The notes beneath the pieces are model-generated. The model had not been told where the DNA came from, made no database searches, and saw only the letters and a list, made by a program, of their open reading frames with translations. The position numbers and the translations under genes are program-made. 64,000 bases of DNA, from assembly GCA_947472995.1 (NCBI GenBank), contig CANJBO010000001.1:204361-268360 (forward strand). Direction: 5' to 3'. Of the stretch, positions 34,650 to 42,437 are shown in pieces (position 1 is the first letter of the stretch; every line of letters begins with the position of its first letter). This stretch comes from Chloroflexota bacterium (lineage in GTDB: Bacteria > Chloroflexota > Dehalococcoidia > UBA2979).

Positions 34650-34723
34650 TGGGGATTCGTCTAATGGTAGGACAGCGGACTCTGAATCCGTCAGTCGGGG
34701 TTCGAATCCCTGATCCCCAGCCA
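34650..34723 (+). tRNA. tRNA-Gln (anticodon CUG)
   Basis: UGGGGAU...GCGGA-CUCUGAA-UCCGU...GGGGUUCGAAUCCCU...AUCCCCAGCCA. The U1-A72 pair is typical of bacterial tRNA-Gln. Confidence 0.93.
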
Positions 34724-34734
34724 GTCGTCCACTC

Positions 34735-34756
34735 CGCCCCCGCACGGGGGCGTTTC
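34735..34756 (+). terminator. Rho-independent terminator after tRNA-Gln
   Basis: cgccccc-gcac-gggggcg followed by tttc. Confidence 0.7.
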
Positions 34757-34805
34757 TGTGCCCGAACGGCTCAACCCGCTGCCCGAACCTCGCCGCCCGA
34801 ACGGC

Positions 34806-35930
34806 TCATCGAGGCTCCGCCGGCAGGGTGATCGAGAACGTCGCCCCCTCGCCGGGCTGACTCTCCACCTCGACGCTCCCGCCGTGGCGCCGCGCCACCT
34901 GCGCGACCAAGGCGAGCCCGAGGCCGGTGCCCAGGCTGCCCTTCGTGCTGAAGAACGGGCGGAACACCTCGGGCAGGACCTCTGGCGGGATCCCGGGGCC
35001 GTCGTCGGCGACCGACAGCACCACGTAGCCCGTCGCCCGCCCGCCCCCGACCGCCACGTCCGTCGGCGCCTCGGCCTCCCGCGTGCGGATGACGACATGG
35101 CCCTCGTCATCGACAGCCTCGGCGGCGTTCATGACGAGGTTGATCAGCGCCTGCTGCAGCAGCGGCTGCTCCCCCGGCACCCGCGCGAGCCCCGGTGCGA
35201 GGTCGAGGCTGATCGACACGTCGTCGCGGATCGCCCGCTCCAGCACGTGGTGCGTGGTGGTCACCAGCTCGTTCAGGTCGATCGACGACCGTTCCATCGA
35301 GCCGCGCACGAAGCTCAGCAGTGCCCGCGCCAGGTGCGCCGCCGAGGTGGTCGCCTCCTCGATGCGCGCCACGGGCGCCGTCGCGCGGTCCGCGGGGGCG
35401 AGCAACTCGCGCACGACCGCGGTGCTGCCCATGATCCCGGTCAGCATGTTGTTGAAGTCGTGCACGAGGCCGGCGGCGATCCGGCCGACTCCCTCGTACG
35501 ACTGGGCGTCGAGGAACATCGCCTCCAGCCGGCAGCGCGCGGCGACGCCGCTGATCAGCACGGCGGCGGTCTCGCACCGCCGTGGCACCTCCAGCCCGAT
35601 GAACTCCGAGTCGTCGAAGGTGACCACCAGCACCCCGATGATCGCGCCGCGGTCGAGCAGGTCGAGGCGGAGGCTCGCGGCGGGCTCATACGTGGAGGAG
35701 AACGTGCCGGCCTGCGCGCGGATCGGCGGGCGGGCGGCATGCTCCGTGCGCACCTCGATCGTGACGGAGCAGACGCCGGTCCATGCCGCCATCAGCAGCA
35801 CGGCGCGACGGAGGGCCGCCTCGTCGCCGGAGGCCAGCGTGTCGATCAGGTCCAGCAACGCAGCGGGCACGGCCTGGGCCTCGCCGGGTGACCGGGAATC
35901 CTCGTTCGGACGCCGAGCCAGCATGGGCAT
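34806..35930 (-). CDS. Orphan sensor histidine kinase (GAF-like N-domain, HisKA, HATPase_c)
   Basis: H-box is GLVHDFNNMLTGIMG. The N-box region is LINLVMNAAEA and the G-boxes are DDGPGIP and GTGLGLALV. ATG 35930 is preceded by GGAAAG. No response regulator is adjacent. Confidence 0.85.
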   Translation of the reverse strand: MPMLARRPNEDSRSPGEAQAVPAALLDLIDTLASGDEAALRRAVLLMAAWTGVCSVTIEVRTEHAARPPIRAQAGTFSSTYEPAASLRLDLLDRGAIIGVLVVTFDDSEFIGLEVPRRCETAAVLISGVAARCRLEAMFLDAQSYEGVGRIAAGLVHDFNNMLTGIMGSTAVVRELLAPADRATAPVARIEEATTSAAHLARALLSFVRGSMERSSIDLNELVTTTHHVLERAIRDDVSISLDLAPGLARVPGEQPLLQQALINLVMNAAEAVDDEGHVVIRTREAEAPTDVAVGGGRATGYVVLSVADDGPGIPPEVLPEVFRPFFSTKGSLGTGLGLALVAQVARRHGGSVEVESQPGEGATFSITLPAEPR

Positions 35931-36192
35931 CGCGGCTTTCCGGACGCCGAGGTCACCCCGGCGAACCACGCCTAATCTTCCATATCGCATGGTGGAAGCA
36001 CATACGTGGTGCGCCTCCGCGAATACGAACCTCAGCGCCTCGTCACGTTCTCAACGATTCCGTCAGCGTCCCGCGAGACAGGCGGAGACCGCAACGGCAC
36101 AACTCCGCGCGACGACCGGTCGCTCCGCGCTGCGTGTGGCGCTCAGCGTCGTCGTCTACACTCCCCCGACGAGACGCCGCAAGGAGGTCGCC

Positions 36193-37116
36193 ATGCACGA
36201 GGCAGTCCGAGCCCCCCGTGAGCTGCGCCCGCTGCGCGACCCCGTCCTGCTGGCCGCGTTCACCGGGTTCACGGACACGCACGGCGGCGCGGTCGCGGCC
36301 GTGCGCTACCTCGCCGAGCAGTGGGACGCCCAGCCGCTCGCGACCATCGAGCCGGAGCGCTTCTACGACTTCACGGTGCAGCGCCCGCGCGTGCACGTGG
36401 AGAACGAGGCACGCGTGATCACGTGGCCGTCGAACTCGTTCCTCGTCGCGAGCCCGCCGGGATCCGATCGCGACTTCGTGCTGTTCGCCGGGATCGAGCC
36501 GCACCTCCGCTGGAAGACGTTCCTCGCAGCGATGGAGGACGTGCTGCGCGCGGTCGGCTGCACCACCAGCATCACGCTCGCGGCGCAGCCCGCCGCCGTG
36601 CCGCACACGCGCCCGCTGCCCGTCACCCTGTCCGCGTCGGACATCGACTTCGAGACGACGTTCGGGCTGAAGGCGCCGACCTCGAGGTACCAGGGATCGA
36701 CGGGAATCGTCGGCGTGCTGAACCTGCACCTGCGCGCGCTGGGCTGGCGCAACGCGAGCCTCTGGGCGCTGGTCCCGCACTACCTGACCATCGGCCCCAA
36801 CCCGAACGTCGGCGTGTCGCTCGTGGACTACATCGACCGTGGCTTCGGCACGAGCACCTCGCGCACGGGCCTCGATGAGCAGAGCGCGCGCTTCGAGGAG
36901 CAGGTGCGCGAGGTCCTGGAGGAGTCGACCGACGCGGGCGCATACGTGCGGCAGCTCGAGGAGCAGTACGACACGGAACGTCCCTCGCAGGCAGCGATCA
37001 CCGGGCCGACCGGGGATGCACTCGCCGCGGACACCGACGAGCTGCCGTCGCCGGACGAGCTCCTCGACGACCTCGAACGCTTCCTGCGCGACCAGCAGAG
37101 TGGCGGCAAGTCCTAG
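36193..37116 (+). CDS. PAC2 (proteasome assembly chaperone 2-like) family protein
   Basis: AAGGAGG lies 5 nt upstream of the ATG. Contains LRDPVLLAAFTGFTDTHGGAVAAVRYL, ITWPSNSF and FVLFAGIEPHLRWK, with an acidic C-tail. Confidence 0.82.
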   Translation: MHEAVRAPRELRPLRDPVLLAAFTGFTDTHGGAVAAVRYLAEQWDAQPLATIEPERFYDFTVQRPRVHVENEARVITWPSNSFLVASPPGSDRDFVLFAGIEPHLRWKTFLAAMEDVLRAVGCTTSITLAAQPAAVPHTRPLPVTLSASDIDFETTFGLKAPTSRYQGSTGIVGVLNLHLRALGWRNASLWALVPHYLTIGPNPNVGVSLVDYIDRGFGTSTSRTGLDEQSARFEEQVREVLEESTDAGAYVRQLEEQYDTERPSQAAITGPTGDALAADTDELPSPDELLDDLERFLRDQQSGGKS

Positions 37117-38018
37117 CGGGCGACCACCAGCACGGCGAACGCCACAACGGCGAACGCGATCACGGTGAGCAGCAGCGGCCGGTCGTGCGCGATCAGCTCG
37201 TCCGCGTTGCGCTCCGGCGCGCGGCGCGCGGCGATGCCGTAGCGCACGAGGCCGAACGCGACCAGCGGCACGGTGACGACCATCGCGTGGTTCGCCGGCA
37301 GGTTCGGCGCGCTCCACGTGTACATGGCATACGCAGCGACCGTGACCAGCGCCACGGCGCGCGCGAGGCGTTCGACATCGATCGTGCCGTACGCGCTCTG
37401 GGACGAGCGGTGCGCGGGGGCCGCCTCGTGCAGCAGCGCGCGCTCTTGCGCGCGCTTCACCAGCACCACGAACGCCGCGCCGAGCGCCGTGCACACGACG
37501 ATCCACGCCGACACCGGCACCGCGATCGTCGCCGCCCCCACGACCACGCGCAGCGCGAACCCCGCCGCCAGCGCGACCACGTCGAGGCCTGCGAACCGCC
37601 GCAGCGCGAGCGAGTAGGCCATCGTCACCAGGACGTACGCGGAGATCGCCGCGAAGAGCGCACCGTCGAAGAACGCGGCGCTGGCGAGTGCCGCGAACAT
37701 CAGCCCGAGCCCCGCCGCGATCGCCGCGTCGATGCCGAGGTCGCCGGCGGCGACGGGACGCAGCCGCTTCGTGGGGTGCACGCGGTCCGCACCGGCATCG
37801 CGTGCGTCGTTCAGCAGGTAGCCGCCCGACGCCGCGAGGCAGAGCAGCGCGAACCCGAACGCCGCCCGCCCGAGCAGGCCGAGGGCGACCGAGCCGTCGG
37901 CGGGATTCCACCCGCTGCCCGCGGAGAACAGCAGCGGCGCGAACGCGATCAGGTTCTTCTGCCACTGGCCGGGGCGCATCGACCGCCACACGGCGATCCA
38001 TGCGTGCTGCGAGCCCAT
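37113..38018 (-). CDS. ubiA: Decaprenyl-phosphate phosphoribosyltransferase (UbiA family, Rv3806c-like)
   Basis: ATG 38018 is preceded by GAGGAG. Contains WRSMRPGQWQKNLIAFAPLLF and YLLNDARDAGADRVHPTKRLRPVAAG. Confidence 0.87.
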   Translation of the reverse strand: MGSQHAWIAVWRSMRPGQWQKNLIAFAPLLFSAGSGWNPADGSVALGLLGRAAFGFALLCLAASGGYLLNDARDAGADRVHPTKRLRPVAAGDLGIDAAIAAGLGLMFAALASAAFFDGALFAAISAYVLVTMAYSLALRRFAGLDVVALAAGFALRVVVGAATIAVPVSAWIVVCTALGAAFVVLVKRAQERALLHEAAPAHRSSQSAYGTIDVERLARAVALVTVAAYAMYTWSAPNLPANHAMVVTVPLVAFGLVRYGIAARRAPERNADELIAHDRPLLLTVIAFAVVAFAVLVVAR

Positions 38019-38143
38019 CGACGCTCCTCGGTCTCCTCCGCGCGCGCGGTGGACGCTGCGCGAGCGTAGCGCGCCCCCTCCGTGCGTGCGCCCCTCGTGC
38101 GTGCGGCCTACCGTGATCGCATCGACATGCACAGCGATGGCGA

Positions 38144-39517
38144 GTGGAGCCACGAGTGTTCGTCCCCGGGACTCGCCAGCGCCTGACCGGCTGGGGCCGC
38201 ACTGCCCCGTCCGTCGCGACCGTCGTGCGCCCCGCGTCGCGTGACGAGGCGAGCGCAGCGCTCGACACGATCGGCGCGCGCGGCGTGACGGCGCGCGGAC
38301 TGGGTCGCGCGTACGGCGACGCCGCCCAGAACGGCGGCGGCACCGTCCTCGACTGCACCGCCCTCGACGCGATCGGCGCGGTGGACGCGGAGCGCGGCAC
38401 GGTCGTCGCCGGCGGCGGCGCGAGCCTCGACGCGATCGGGCGCGCGATCGCCGCGCACGGCTGGGTACTGCCGGTGGTGCCCGGCACGCGCATCGTCACG
38501 GTCGGCGGAGCGATCGCGGCCGACGTGCACGGCAAGGGCCACCACCGCGACGGCTCCTTCGGCGCGCACGTCGAGGCGATCACCCTCGTCCTCCCCGACG
38601 GCGAGACCCGCGAGGTGACGAGGGCATCCGACCGCGCGCTCTTCGACGCGACGACCGGCGGGATGGGCCTCACCGGCGTGATCGCGGCGGCAACGCTGCG
38701 CCTCGAACGCGCGTCGGGGACGGTCCGCGTGACCACCACGCGCACACGCGACCTCGACGCCACGATGCTGGCGCTGGTCGAGGCCGACGCGCGGCATCGC
38801 TACTCGGTCGCGTGGATCGACCTCGTCGGCGGGCGCGGGCGCGGCATCGTCGGCGCGGCGGACCGCATCGACCTCGACGCCCCGAGCGCGCGAGGCGAGG
38901 CCGGGCGCCGCGCGCTCCGGCTCGCGGTGCCGGCGGTCGTGCCGGTGAACCTCGTGCGGCACGCCTCGGTGCGCGCGTTCAACGAGCTGTGGCTCCGCCG
39001 GCCGATCCGCGCCGAGGCGCTCCAATCGTTCGACGCGTTCAACGCGCCGCTCGATGCCCTCGGCGCGTGGCCGCGGCTGTACGGCCCGCGCGGACTGCTG
39101 CAGTACCAGTGCGCGCTGCCGATCGGCGCCGACGCCGCGCTGCGCACGATCGTCGAGGCGATCGCGGACGGGGCCCCGGCCGTGCCGGCGTTCGCGGTGC
39201 TGAAACGCCTCGGCGCCGCCGGCGACGGGCCGCTCTCGTTCCCGATCGAGGGCTGGACGCTCGCGGTGGACTTCCCGGCAGGCGCCCCCGTGCTCGGCGC
39301 CTTCCTCGATACGCTGGACGAGCGTGTTGCCGCCGCGGGCGGGCGCGTCTACCTCGCGAAGGACGCGCGGATGCGCGCGGAGATGGTGCCGCTCATGTAC
39401 CCACGCATCGACGAGTGGCGCGAGACGCAGGCGCGCGTCGATCCGCGCGGCGTGCTGACGTCCGACCTCGATCGCCGGCTCGGGCTCACCCGCGGCGCGA
39501 CGAGGGGCCCACGATGA
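38144..39517 (+). CDS. dprE1: Decaprenylphosphoryl-beta-D-ribose oxidase (FAD-dependent)
   Basis: Contains LTGWGRTAPS, ARGLGRAYGDAAQNGGG and VPGTRIVTVGGAIAADVHGKGHH. The C-terminus (PLSFPIEGWTLAVDFP...GGRVYLAKDARM...YPRIDEW) tracks M. tuberculosis DprE1 as I recall it. Confidence 0.9.
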   Translation: MEPRVFVPGTRQRLTGWGRTAPSVATVVRPASRDEASAALDTIGARGVTARGLGRAYGDAAQNGGGTVLDCTALDAIGAVDAERGTVVAGGGASLDAIGRAIAAHGWVLPVVPGTRIVTVGGAIAADVHGKGHHRDGSFGAHVEAITLVLPDGETREVTRASDRALFDATTGGMGLTGVIAAATLRLERASGTVRVTTTRTRDLDATMLALVEADARHRYSVAWIDLVGGRGRGIVGAADRIDLDAPSARGEAGRRALRLAVPAVVPVNLVRHASVRAFNELWLRRPIRAEALQSFDAFNAPLDALGAWPRLYGPRGLLQYQCALPIGADAALRTIVEAIADGAPAVPAFAVLKRLGAAGDGPLSFPIEGWTLAVDFPAGAPVLGAFLDTLDERVAAAGGRVYLAKDARMRAEMVPLMYPRIDEWRETQARVDPRGVLTSDLDRRLGLTRGATRGPR

Positions 39518-40314
39518 CGGACGCCACGGGCCGCGCGCGCACGGTGCTCGTCCTCGGCGGCGGCTCCGAGATCGGCCTCGCGATCACCCGGGCGCTGGTC
39601 GAGCGCGGCGCGCGCGGCGTCGTCCTCGCCGCCCGCCGTCCGGAGGCGCTCGACGCCCCCGCGGAAGCGCTGCGCAGCGCCGGCGCGAACGTCGAGGTGA
39701 TCCCGTTCGACGCCGAGCAGATCGACGCGCAGGAGTCGGTGATCATCGACGCGTTCGATCGCGCCCGTGCGCGCACCGGCGACGTCGACATCGCGATCGT
39801 GGCGTTCGGGCGCCTCGACGAGCGCGACGTCCTGCAGGAGACCCCCGCCGAGGCGGGCCACATCGCGGCGCTGAACTACGCCGGCGCGGTCGCGAGCGCC
39901 CTCGCCATCGCGCAGCAGATGGTGGCGCAGGGGCACGGCACGCTGATCGTCCTGTCGTCCGTCGCCGGGCAGCACGCCCGCCCCTCGATGGCCCCGTACG
40001 CCGGTGCGAAGGCCGGCCTCGACGCATTCACCGACGCCCTGCGGGACGCGCTGCGCGGCACCGGCGTGCGTGTGATGACGGTGCGGCCGGGGTGGGTCTA
40101 CAGCAGGATGACCGTCGGCCAGCGTTCGATGCCGTTCGCGGTGATGCCGGAGCGTGTGGCGGCGGACGTCCTGAGCGGCCTCGACGGCGGCGCGACGGTG
40201 GTGTGGACGCCGCGCATCGTTCGTTATGTCGCTTTGGCGCTGCGGTGGCTGCCCCGCTGGGCGACCCGGCTCGGCTTCCGAGTGACCTCGATGAGGCGTC
40301 CGAGGAATCGCTAG
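39514..40314 (+). CDS. dprE2: Decaprenylphospho-2'-keto-ribose reductase (SDR)
   Basis: ATGA overlap with dprE1. Contains VLVLGGGSEIGLAI (Rossmann) and YAGAKAG (YxxxK). Confidence 0.87.
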   Translation: MTDATGRARTVLVLGGGSEIGLAITRALVERGARGVVLAARRPEALDAPAEALRSAGANVEVIPFDAEQIDAQESVIIDAFDRARARTGDVDIAIVAFGRLDERDVLQETPAEAGHIAALNYAGAVASALAIAQQMVAQGHGTLIVLSSVAGQHARPSMAPYAGAKAGLDAFTDALRDALRGTGVRVMTVRPGWVYSRMTVGQRSMPFAVMPERVAADVLSGLDGGATVVWTPRIVRYVALALRWLPRWATRLGFRVTSMRRPRNR

Positions 40315-40334
40315 CCGCCGTGCGAGGGGCGGGG

Positions 40335-40363
40335 TTCCACCTCGGCCGATCCATTGCTAGACT
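40335..40363 (+). promoter_or_regulatory. Promoter of the tRNA cluster (TTCCAC-17 nt-TAGACT)
   Basis: ggggTTCCACctcggccgatccattgcTAGACTctgtgac. tRNA-Trp starts 15 nt after the -10 box. Confidence 0.5.
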
Positions 40364-40377
40364 CTGTGACAGGCCGC

Positions 40378-40453
40378 AGGAGTGTAGCTCAGTTGGCAGA
40401 GCGGCGGTCTCCAAAACCGTAGGTCGGGGGTTCGAACCCCTCCACTCCTGCCA
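40378..40453 (+). tRNA. tRNA-Trp (anticodon CCA)
   Basis: AGGAGUGUAGCUCAGUUGGCAGAGC-GGCGGU-CUCCAAA-ACCGU...GGGGGUUCGAACCCCUC-CACUCCUGCCA. Confidence 0.93.
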
Positions 40454-40454
40454 G

Positions 40455-40499
40455 CTAGACACGGTCCGGCTGGACACGGTCGGGCTGGACACAATCGGC
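40455..40499 (+). repeat. Three tandem 15-nt repeats filling the tRNA-Trp/tRNA-Leu spacer
   Basis: CTAGACACGGTCCGG / CTGGACACGGTCGGG / CTGGACACAATCGGC. Confidence 0.85.
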
Positions 40500-40586
40500 G
40501 CCCAGGTGGTGAAATCGGCAGACACGCTGTCTTGAGGGGGCAGTGCCCTTACGGGCGTATGAGTTCAAATCTCATTCTGGGCACCA
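40500..40586 (+). tRNA. tRNA-Leu (anticodon GAG)
   Basis: Class II tRNA: GCCCAGG...CUGUC-UUGAGGG-GGCAG, a long variable arm (UGCCCUUACGGGCGU), AUGAGUUCAAAUCUCAU and UCUGGGCACCA. Confidence 0.92.
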
Positions 40587-40632
40587 CCTCCCTGCTGAGG
40601 GAGGCCTGCTACGGCAGGGATCGGTCATTCGG

Positions 40633-40707
40633 GCGGAAGTAGCTCAGTGGTAGAGCACGTCCTTGCCAAGGACGGGGTCGCGAGTTCGAGCCTCGTCTTC
40701 CGCTCCA
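40633..40707 (+). tRNA. tRNA-Gly (anticodon GCC)
   Basis: GCGGAAGUAGCUCAGUGGUAGAGCA-CGUCC-UUGCCAA-GGACG...GCGAGUUCGAGCCUCGU-CUUCCGCUCCA. Confidence 0.94.
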
Positions 40708-40766
40708 TTCTTCTCCCCATCGCGAAGCAACCCGCCTTCCACCTCGGACCGGGGCCTCGCCCTCGG

Positions 40767-40840
<74 letters not shown>

Positions 40841-40900
40841 ACACACCTCGCCTGACTCGACGCGCGCCGACCGCGGCTCGATGAGCCAGCGGCGCGCGAT

Positions 40901-42427
40901 CTAGCCGGCGGCCCGCTCCACCTCGCTCGGTTCCTCGACGCCGGTGCGCGCACGATGCGCCGAGGCGCCTAGGTCGAGGCTGCGCGTGCACAGCGCCGCG
41001 ACCAGCCAGACCGCTGCCGGCAACGTGAACTGGACGACCACCGGGGCGATCAGCGCCCGGAACGGCTCCAGGCCCCAGTCGTAGCGGTAGTGCTCGACGA
41101 GGTCCGGGAAGAGGTTGCTCGTCGTCATCACGACGAACAGCGCGATGCCTGCGCGCGTGGGGTAGAGCGCGAGCAGCGTCGCCGGCCACAGCATGTACCA
41201 CGGCCGGAACCACCCGGACGCGAGCAGCAGGTAGAAGAACATCAGGTGGAAGCTCGCGACCACGAGCGAGTCGAATCCTCGTCGTGCCTGCCACGCCACC
41301 AGCGTCGCGACGAACGCGAATGCGCCGCCGGTCAGCGCGCGGGCGAGCGCGGCATCCTCGGCGCCCTGCACCTCGCCTGAGAGCAGCGCGCGCAGCACGT
41401 CGGGGGTCGAGGTGATCATCTGTCCCGTCTGCTGGAGCATGCCCGCGAACGTCGCCGTCCCGGCCCAGAACGGCGCGTAGGCGAGCACCGCGAACCCCGC
41501 CGCCAGCGCGAGGCCCGGTGCGAGCGCACGCGCGCGGTCGATCGGACGCCCCTCGAGGGAGCACCACGCGTACAGCAGGATCGGCGGGCCAAGCAGCGCC
41601 GAGATGTACTTGATCAGCACCGACCCCGCCAGCAGCACCAGCAGCGCCGTCCAGGCGCGCCGTCGCGCCGCGAGCAACGCGAGGAGCACGAAGAACAGCA
41701 TGACGAGGTCGTTGTGCCCGTTCCCGACTACCCGCAGCAGCACGAACGGGTTCCACGCGAACAGCACGAACGCGAGTGTCTCGCGCCCCGGGTGCGTCTC
41801 CGAGACGGTGCGGTGGACCAGCCACGCGCAGCCGAGGAAGCTCGCGGCGGCGAGCAGCTTGAACCCGACCAGCGTGGCGAGCAGATGCTCGTCGGGGGTC
41901 ATCAGCGGGGCGAAGATGCCCGTGAGCAGCGTCCACGCAGGCCCGTAGGGCGACGGCTGCGTGTTCCAGCTGAACAGCAACGGATAATCGGTGTCGCCGG
42001 GCGGGACGACGAACGGGTTCAGCCGGAAGAGCCACGCCGTCCGCGCGTCGGCGTGGTAGTGGAACAGGTCCGAGGCCGCCGTCGGCGGGTACATCAGCAC
42101 CAGCGCGCTCGCGAACAGCACCGGGAACGCCAGGAACAGCACGCGAGGAACCCGGGCGCGCCAGCGCCACGCGAGGACGAGGGCGACCGCGTAGAGCAGC
42201 ATCGCGCCGACGGTGAGCTGGAGGTAGGCGACCGCCGGCGCACGCCGGCCCGGCCCCAGCATGTCGATCCATCCCAGCGCGGAGCCGGTCGGCTGGAAGA
42301 ACTCGGGCAGGAACAGGCCCGCGGTCGCGCTCGCATAGAGCGCGACGAGCGCGAGGCCGGTCGCCACCACCGCCGCGGTCGCGGCGACCGAGACGGACCG
42401 TGCTCTCGAAGGCTGTTCCTCGCTCAC
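40901..42427 (-). CDS. Polytopic GT-C-type membrane glycosyltransferase-like protein (DUF2029/GT87-like)
   Basis: 508 aa with about 12 or more TM helices. The first-loop acidic motif is AASDLFHYHADA. Also contains SPYGPAW and NGHNDLVMLFFVLLALLAA. GTG start lies 10 nt after the hydantoinase stop. Confidence 0.75.
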   Translation of the reverse strand: MSEEQPSRARSVSVAATAAVVATGLALVALYASATAGLFLPEFFQPTGSALGWIDMLGPGRRAPAVAYLQLTVGAMLLYAVALVLAWRWRARVPRVLFLAFPVLFASALVLMYPPTAASDLFHYHADARTAWLFRLNPFVVPPGDTDYPLLFSWNTQPSPYGPAWTLLTGIFAPLMTPDEHLLATLVGFKLLAAASFLGCAWLVHRTVSETHPGRETLAFVLFAWNPFVLLRVVGNGHNDLVMLFFVLLALLAARRRAWTALLVLLAGSVLIKYISALLGPPILLYAWCSLEGRPIDRARALAPGLALAAGFAVLAYAPFWAGTATFAGMLQQTGQMITSTPDVLRALLSGEVQGAEDAALARALTGGAFAFVATLVAWQARRGFDSLVVASFHLMFFYLLLASGWFRPWYMLWPATLLALYPTRAGIALFVVMTTSNLFPDLVEHYRYDWGLEPFRALIAPVVVQFTLPAAVWLVAALCTRSLDLGASAHRARTGVEEPSEVERAAG

Positions 42428-42437
42428 TGCCTCGAGG

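Noticed and set aside
34760-34808. GCCCGAAC(GGCTCA) repeated three times downstream of the tRNA-Gln terminator
   Set aside because: The repeats are short. The last copy overlaps the stop codon of the histidine kinase. I see no copies elsewhere in the window. This is probably local slippage or chance.
36006-36221. 71-aa ORF in the 262-nt kinase/PAC2 intergenic region
   Set aside because: It has poor, Arg-rich composition and no SD, and it runs into the PAC2 SD and start. The region more likely holds the two divergent promoters.
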